From Octopus vulgaris (Eukaryota), in assembly GCA_951406725.2 (NCBI GenBank), contig OX597821.1, positions 102,796,001 to 102,860,000 on the forward strand: a DNA stretch of 64,000 bases, read 5' to 3'. Under the pieces are notes generated by a model, which was not told the origin of the DNA, ran no database searches, and worked only from the letters and a program-made list of their open reading frames with translations. This document shows positions 55,129 through 64,000 of the stretch, piece by piece. Each line of letters opens with the position of its first letter. The first letter of the stretch is position 1. The position numbers and the translations under genes were made by a program.

Positions 55129-55544
55129 TATATAGGCTCGGGTGCATGGTATACATGTATGTACATGCATACACGTGCGCGCGTGTTTGTAGATCTAACA
55201 CGAATGAAAAATGACCTCTCGATTCTTTTCCAAAATTGAATGATGTTCAAAATTTCCGAGCCAGATTCTTTTCCATTGTCTGACTCACTGATTGTAATAA
55301 AAAATGGTTGTCTTTATTACACTACGCCCAACCCATGCTTTTTATCTCTAGTACGTTAATGACTCTACAGATCTGTCATGTTTAAAGCATTCTTTAGCCT
55401 TAAGCTCTCTAAATGCAGTTGATCATATTATGATTATCCATCTTCTTCGAATTATATATGGCGTCAATTGAAAAGCCATTTGAATCGCATCATTAATTCT
55501 TTACTTTTGTCATTTAAAAATCACTGAATTAACGTTACATGACA

Positions 55545-55900
55545 GGAGGCGTAGTTCACAGATCAGGAAGTCTCTTCGGGTCGAGCCGTAACTTCTCTGC
55601 ATTGAGAGGTCACTGCTCTGGTACTACGGACATGTGATTAGAAAGGCATAGAAAAGACTCGTAAGACGTATACGTCAAGCCGAGCCATCCGGCAACAGAC
55701 CAAAGGGTATATCAAGAATGATTGGTTCAAAGAGCAATGATGGATACTTCTTATAGGACCTTGTGGTGGAGGTACCTGAGGTCTCTACCCCGAAGTCCTT
55801 CCCAGGAATTGTGAACGCAGAAGATAGATGAATGTATGATCGTTCAATGTTCTTTAAACAAGGCAATACATATCGAAGTGGCCTTATGATCAGAATCATT
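55545..55900 (+). mobile_element. RTE-clade LINE 3' fragment, degenerate
   Basis: QIRKSLRVEP.LLCIERS..YGHVIR..RLVRRIRQAEPSGNRPKG resembles the RTE LRW.GHV.R...RPRGRPR C-terminus. Confidence 0.7.
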
Positions 55901-56069
55901 CTAATCGTGATCTTATTTCGAGGTCTACATTATCCAATGAAGTCCTGTAAATTTTTTTTCTTGTCCTCAGTATACTCAGAGTATTTTCTGGATATTTAGT
56001 TGATATTTCAAGAATAAGAAGCATCGTCTGCCCAACTTGCCGGAAATCAAATATTAGATAATATTGATT

Positions 56070-56278
56070 TCAAACTTTGGTACAAAGCCAGCAATTTCGT
56101 GGGAGGGAGTAAGTCAATTACATCGACCTCAGTACTCAACGTGTACTTATTTTATCGCCCTCAAAAGAATGAAAGGCAAAGTCAACCTCGGTGGAATTTG
56201 AACTCAGAACGTAAAGACGGACGAAATGCCGCTAAGCATTTTGCTGTCGTGCTAACGATTTTGCCACTTCGTCGCCTT
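56070..56278 (-). mobile_element. SINE family A
   Basis: Reverse-complement family core and head. Confidence 0.85.
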
Positions 56279-56349
56279 AAATCAATGAAGATAATATTCA
56301 CACACATATATATATGTATATATATATACATACATACATACATATACAT

Positions 56350-56418
<69 letters not shown>

Positions 56419-57596
56419 AAGAATGTAATACGTATATTAGAGACGGTGTGGTATTGACGAGGTGGCGAATGGTGACGGAAGAACTTTGGCAAACAGCTGA
56501 TTGATTAATTAACTGAATGATTGAACAAGTAATCGATCAGTTAGTTGCGTAAAAAAAACTAAAATAATTGGCAAGTAATATAGAAGTGAAAATGAACCAG
56601 TGCGCGCAACTATTACTGAGACAATGACCTCACCCCAAATGCAACGAAATACATCATGTGTATATATAATATATATATTTATAATATTTTAAAATTATAT
56701 AGACATGTATATATATATATGTATACATGTGTGGGTGTGTATGTGTGTATGTGTATGTGTGTATGTATGTATGTGTGTGTATGTATGTATGTGTGTGTGT
56801 GCGTGTGTATTCACAAGCGAAAGGGTTAGGATATGGCATTGGTAGTCACATTGTTGTTTGTCTCATAGCTTCCCTGTTTTCCATCCGTACCCTGTCTATG
56901 TACATTTATCTTGGCCAGATTCCATGTCTATATATCCTGAGAGAATTTAGTAATTAGGGTAACCAAAGCATGAGTGAGTCTGCCTCTCTGCTTTTATATA
57001 TATATCCATTTATATATATATATATATTATATATTTATATATATATATGAATAAAGTACACACACATACATATATGTATGTATATGTATATATATACATT
57101 TGTATATTTGTGTGTATGTATAGCGGTTATGTTTGTCTGAACATCCGGTCTAGCATGTATTGTAATTTAGTATACCTTAACCATTAAGAAGTACTAATTA
57201 GTTCCCCTAGATGGCGCCTTTTTTCTTTCTTTCATTGTCTATATTGATGTTTCTCCTTCCGTCTCTCTGTCTTCTCCATGTCCCCCACCTACACTCTCGC
57301 TCTTTATTTCTCTTATCTTACCATTCTATTCTTTTCTATAGCCGTTTCGTTATGCCTCCTGTTTATTTCTTACTCGCTCTTTCAATTTATAACTCAGTTT
57401 TATAACGCTCTTACACGTCCACATACATGCATCTGCAAATAGGTATGTTCTCATTCTTAATTAGTCTGGTTCTCCCTCCTCCATCTCCTTCGATTTGAAA
57501 CTCTTTATCTTTCATTCATTCTAACGTTCACCTTTTCCTGTTTGTCCAAGTCTATCTTTGTCGTGTGCGACATCTCCATCTCTTATTTTTATTTTG

Positions 57597-57634
<38 letters not shown>

Positions 57635-57644
57635 CATACATACA

Positions 57645-57678
<34 letters not shown>

Positions 57679-57748
57679 CACACACACACACACACACATA
57701 TATATACATATATATATATGTGTGTGTATATGTATGTATGTATATGAG

Positions 57749-57788
<40 letters not shown>

Positions 57789-57789
57789 C

Positions 57790-58023
57790 TCTCTAGTTTC
57801 AACTCAGAGCTGCGGCCATACTGATGCACCGCCGTTATATATATATATATATATATATATATACGACGGGCTTCTTTCAGTTTCCGTCTACCAAATCCAC
57901 TCACAAGGCTTTGGTCGGCCCGAGGCTATAGTAGAAGACACATGCCTAAGACGCCACGCAGTGGGACTGAACAGAAACCATGTGGTTGGTAAGCAAGCTA
58001 CTTACCACACAGCCACACCTGCG

Positions 58024-58026
<3 letters not shown>
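57790..58026 (-). mobile_element. SINE family B, internally deleted
   Basis: Head and 5' body, (TA)n, then a tail fragment. Confidence 0.85.
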
Positions 58027-58076
<50 letters not shown>

Positions 58077-59614
58077 CTTTTTCTTGCCAAATAAACACAC
58101 ACACTATATATTCGTTCTTGACTCGTTTCTTATTGTTCTCATTTTATCTTATGTCCATTGTCTGTAAATCTTTTGTCACACACCTGTAACCGCTTCGGCG
58201 ACTCTTCTATGCACGTGTTTCCTCCTGTTCTGTTTAGTCTACTCTATCTTTTTATAGAGAGACAAAAGTATTGTACAAGGTTTTGTTACTCTTTAAACCC
58301 AAAGCGAACGTATATAACAACCAGTCTGTGTATGTCACCTTCTGCCTTCTTGCCCCATACATGTCGGCAACATATTTTTGATCCCTCACTTGTACCAGAT
58401 GTCTTGAAGAAGGGATCATAAACCCGAAATATAAATATACAAGTTAAAATGGCAATTTATTTTGTTTTCTTTTTATTGTTTACTTTGTACCTTCTCATAT
58501 TGCTCCCGCCTCATACATCGACCAAATGCTAAGGTCGCAATGTGCTCCCTCGCTCTGTTGTTGCTTTGGAATGATGCTTCCATGCTGGTCACGCGGGTTG
58601 GCCAACATTCCCTCTGAACAAGACGCCAGTCTGCCACAGTCTGTCTTCCTTTCAACATTCCTCTAAAATACTGTAAACCTCCAAAGTATTCTTCCAGTGT
58701 AAAGTATTCTTGCATACATTGAGTTAGACTTATAGAGAAATGCAAACATTAGAAGTCAACTCAACCAATCTCTTCAGATTAGAGTGCTCACCTCCTAACG
58801 CGATCGGTAGAGACTTCTTTTTACGAGTAAATAAAATAAGGCAAAATATCAAAATAGAATTTCCATATAATATTGGTTTCAAAATTTGGTAGCCGGCCAG
58901 CAATTTACTGAGAGGGGAAAATCGGTTACATCAAACCCCAGTGTTCATCTGGTACTTATTTAATCAACCCCGAAATGAAATGATGAAAGTCAAAGTTGAC
59001 CATGGTAGTATTTGAACTCAGCACGTAGAAGCTGATGAAATTTTGCAAAAGCAATTTGCCGGGCGTGCTACAGATTCAACCAATTCACCGCCGTGAATAT
59101 TCATCCAATACTCAAAATTGATGCATCAATTCTCTCTCTGTGTCTCTCTGTCTCTCATGTTCTCAATATTTGGAGAGGAGCGCACATAGGTGCCAAAAAA
59201 AGGCGAAAAAATATAGCCATAACACGATCTAGGCCTAAGGTATATATATATGGTCCAGTGGTTAGGGCAGCAGACTCGCGGTTGTAGGATCGCGGTTTCG
59301 ATTCCCAGACCGCGCGTTGTGAGCGAAAACACCTAAAAAACTCCACAACGCAACTTTCTCTCACTCTTTCTTCTGTTGGCCTACTCGCTTATATATATAT
59401 ATATGTATATGTATATATATAATTAATATAGACAGCTGTGTACAATGTGTTACCAAAGAGGAAAACTATAATCGTTATTAAATATGACTAGGGTGTTAGA
59501 ACACTTACATTGCAATAAATAAGAGCTATACGGGCACACACACACGTACATATACAGTGATAAAATTTGGAACCAGTTTGTATCTATGTAAACACATTTG
59601 CACAAATACATATA

Positions 59615-59681
<67 letters not shown>

Positions 59682-59893
59682 TTTTATTTTATAAGAAGGA
59701 GCTTCAACAGGACTAGAACTGTTTCATTCAAAAGAAATCAAAAAGGAAGCTTCCTGATGATTTCTTTTGAATGAAACAGTTCTAGACGGTCTGTCTGTTG
59801 ATTCTCGACTCCATTCTATAAAATAAATTAATTTACTCTGCTATATATTGATTACCTTATTTACTGTGGTTAACCCCGACTCAACCCGGGACC

Positions 59894-59935
<42 letters not shown>

Positions 59936-59937
<2 letters not shown>

Positions 59938-60081
59938 CGCAGGAATGACTGTGTGGTAATTAGCTTGCTTCCCAACCACATGGTTCCGGGTTCAGTCCCA
60001 CTGCGTAGCACCTTGGGCAAGTGTCTTCTACTATAGAAATCCTTGTGAGTGGATTTGGCAGACGGAAACTGAAAGAAGCCC

Positions 60082-60145
<64 letters not shown>

Positions 60146-60397
60146 GTGTGTGTGTGTGTGTATGTGTGTATGTGTGTGTGCGTTTGTGTGTGTGTGTGTG
60201 TTTGTGCCCACCTCACTATCGCTTGACAATTGATGATGTTGTATTTACGAATTTACGACCCCATAACTTAGCCGTTTGGCAGAAGAGCCGATAAGATCAG
60301 TACTTGGCTTATAAAGAATAAGTCTTGGGGTTGATTTGTTCGACTAAAGGTGGTGCTCCCCCATGGCCGCACTCAAATGACTGAAACAAATCAAAGA

Positions 60398-60398
<1 letters not shown>
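59936..60398 (+). mobile_element. SINE family B
   Basis: GGCGCAGGAATGACTGTGTGG head, internal (TA)n/(TG)n, family tail. Confidence 0.88.
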
Positions 60399-60485
<87 letters not shown>

Positions 60486-60700
60486 ATATATATCATTTTT
60501 CCATTTTCATTTCATTTTCATCTTGTTTCAGCTCACGAGCTGTGGCCATGTATATGTATATATATATATATATATACATTCAGCCTACAAATTGCTTGGG
60601 CTTGATATATACATGTACAGTGTACGTATGTGTGTGTGTATGAATGTGTGCCTAAATATATGTTTGTATTCATGCAGGTTGTGTATGTGTGTGTGTGTGT

Positions 60701-60743
<43 letters not shown>

Positions 60744-61080
60744 TGTGTATGTGTGTGTGCGTGCGCTTGTGATGTATCTGTGCATGTGACTGTTCGTGCA
60801 TCAAGAGAATATTCTTGTAGGATGACAGACAGCGGAATAGTTTCGCTTTTCGCTTTTCGCTTCTCATTTTTTTTAATAATTTACCCACGGGGTCTGTAGC
60901 AGCACCCACGATTACATCTCATCAACGGCGAAACCTCTCTGTGTGGTCGATTAGACAGGAGGACGCACTGTCGCACAATACATGTGCACATACGCACACA
61001 CACACACACATACATACGCACGCACTCGCATGCACACACATACACATACGCACGCTCTATGTATTTTTACATACACATAC

Positions 61081-61209
61081 GTGCTCTATGTCTTGCCTCC
61101 CCTCTCTTTCTTTGTCTTATACGGTGCCAAAGTGGCGCAGGAATCCGAAATCTGTCCCGCCTTTTAGAATTGAAATCTCCTCCATCAAGCCGACATCAAA
61201 TTTCCTATT
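61081..61209 (-). other. Candidate exon (strong acceptor)
   Basis: Minus strand poly-T + CAG acceptor at 61210-61211; possible donors CAC|GTATGT (61080) or TGG|GTAAAT (60884); no through-going frame. Confidence 0.3.
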
Positions 61210-61257
61210 CTGAAAAAAAAAAAACCCCAAGAAAAACTAATAATAATAATATTAATT

Positions 61258-61296
<39 letters not shown>

Positions 61297-61415
61297 TATA
61301 TATTTATGTATATATACACACACATACACACAAACACCCACATATATATATATATATACACATATATGCATGTGTATATTTATATATATATATATATATA
61401 CACTTACATATATAT

Positions 61416-61451
<36 letters not shown>

Positions 61452-61507
61452 TTATATATATATATATATATATATATAAGTATATGTATATATATATGTA
61501 TATATAT

Positions 61508-61566
<59 letters not shown>

Positions 61567-61755
61567 AAAAGAAAAAGTATAGTTGCTTTAAAACACCATC
61601 TCCACAACTTTTTAACAAGGAACAAACGGTTTTTCCGTCAAAATCGAAAAAGGACAAAAAGAATACAATAGAATAAATAAATAAATAAATAAATTACATC
61701 CAGTATTATAAGTAAATCAATCAATGAGCAAAGGATGTGAGTGAGTGTGTGTGTG

Positions 61756-61807
<52 letters not shown>

Positions 61808-62044
61808 TATTTTGTTTAGGGAGGGTGGATGTGGAAATGACGTCACCAGAGATGTGGTCGGAGCCGAAAGCTATCTGAAGGTTTTGTTGATTATTTTCTT
61901 TTTTCTGGATGTGCATATTATGTCTTTCGTTGGTGCGTGTCTATGTTTGTGTGTATGTGTGTGAGTGTGCGTGCGTGCGTCTGAATGTGTAAATGCATAC
62001 ACACACACACAGCTATATACATATATGTGTGTATATATATGTAT

Positions 62045-62078
<34 letters not shown>

Positions 62079-62103
62079 ATATGTACACACATATGTGTAT
62101 ATG

Positions 62104-62150
<47 letters not shown>

Positions 62151-62954
62151 CTACATGTATGTATGTACATGTGTGTATATAAAAGTATGTCTATGAACTT
62201 GAGGAAATACCCTTCTGTACATACATCCATATATGTATGTATGCATGTATGTATGAATGTATGTATGTATGTATGTATATATATATATATACATACATAC
62301 ATGACCATATATATACACAGATATACTTATATATAGATATATATGTATACATACACACATACTTACATCATACATACATACATCATAAACACACACTCAT
62401 ATATTATACACTCACTCATACATACACACACACTCAAACACTCCCAGAGTTATTCTGCGAACAAAACATATATAATAACCACCAAATGTATAAATACATC
62501 TAAATAATTTAATCAATTTTTTTCCAGGTTCTTTTACTACACAACTGAGAAATTTTCAGGGATTGCTTCGCAAACTGCTTTGTCTTGCTATTTATGTCTG
62601 GCATTTATATGTAATATCAATAACTGCTGAAATTTCACGGTTATTTTGAAAAGCTAAAAGATTGCTGAACGTTTACAGAGAACCATGAAATGCGTAAATT
62701 ATTTGGAAAAGAATTTTTTCTCTGAATCGTTTCATAATGGATTTGCTGTTACGTCCGTTATTGTAGTACTGAAAGGAAATCTTTGGAACTCATGGTTTTT
62801 GTTATAGAATTACGTTGATAGATTTTTTTTTTTTGGTACTGTTTTTAATGTTTATGTGGAGAAGTGAACAGGATCTAGTCAGAGCTACAAAGAATCGTCC
62901 ATGAGAAAATATTGGATCACGTTGCGTTTCTTTTCTAATTACACTAAGTGAGAC

Positions 62955-63021
<67 letters not shown>

Positions 63022-63569
63022 CACGCACACACATACACACACACACACAGATGCATGCACACAAAAAGGCATACGCACGTGTATGTGTACATGTATGCAT
63101 ATATACCACATGTTTCCGAGTTCAGTCCCACTGCGTGGCACCCTGGCAAGTGTCTTCTACTTTAACCTCAGGCCCTTCATTTTTCAAGGGTCGAAGCAGT
63201 CGATAAAAAAAAAAGTAACAAGGAAGCATTGGTTATTTTAATCGCTTACCGATCTGTGCCATCATGCATCCTGTTAGCATGATACCCGTGTAACCGTGGA
63301 GCTCCGATAATAGGTGAAGTGACGTACTAGTTGATGGCGACTACCAGCTATCGATACTGCTTTATTTATCTTGTCGGGCAGGAGATTGGCAGAACCGTTG
63401 GAGAGACAGTATATTTTCCGTTTAATTATATTCTGAGTTCAAATCTTGTCAAGATCAACGAGGTTATTTATAGCACAAATTAAACCTCACTTGCCCGGCA
63501 GATTTGATGGCTCGTAACGGCTATTTCAACGTATTTTTTGGTTCCAAATTCAAATTACCGTCCCAAACC

Positions 63570-63919
63570 ACCGAATCCTTAGCACGCCGAGTAAAATGCT
63601 TAGCGGCATTTCGTCCCTCTTTACGTTCTGAGTTTAAACTCCAGTGTGGTCGACTTGTCATCCTTAGGGGCTTCGATAAAATAGGTACCTATTTCTTTAC
63701 TACCCACAAGGGACTAAACACAGAGAGGACAAACAAGGACAGACAAACGGATTAAGTCGATTACATCGACCCCAGTGCGTAACTGGTACTTAATTTATCG
63801 ACCCCGAAAAGATGAAAGGCAAAGTCGACCTCGGCGGAATTTGAACTCAGAACGTAACGACAGACGAAATACCGCTAAGCATTTCGCCCGGCGTGCTAAC
63901 GATTCTACCAGCTCGCCGC
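63570..63919. mobile_element. Tail-to-tail SINE A pair (diverged plus copy, intact minus copy 63688-63919)
   Basis: Family core present in both orientations. Confidence 0.88.
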
Positions 63920-64000
63920 TTTTAATAAAATTAAAATAGGTACCGTTTGAGTACTGAGCACAATTTATTGTGATATTATTATCAGATCAGTAAGGTTCTA

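Overview
Repeat-dense, AT-rich eukaryotic intergenic or intronic DNA. The SINE families and very high microsatellite load resemble octopus DNA (inference, not verified). No intact protein-coding gene is supportable: nearly all listed ORFs are microsatellite or SINE read-throughs. The window holds many tRNA-derived SINEs (at least 4 families), non-autonomous Helitron-like elements, Tc2/pogo-like MITEs, a deleted mariner, and decayed RTE, RTE-X, CRE, R4/Dong-like and Penelope-like (PLE) fragments. It also has a 16-bp minisatellite and many local fold-backs. The main signal is an abundance of hammerhead-ribozyme (HHR) motifs in several short repeat families. Two stand out: (i) a tRNA-headed, HHR-tailed element, one copy inverted and flanked by a 16-bp target-site duplication; (ii) a 770-bp retrozyme-like unit with identical 192-bp direct repeats, whose three HHR core strands are in a non-canonical, pseudoknotted order. 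Weak signals suggest UTR-type exons of a minus-strand host gene and CTCF-like sites. All alignments and folds were done by eye, so boundaries are approximate.
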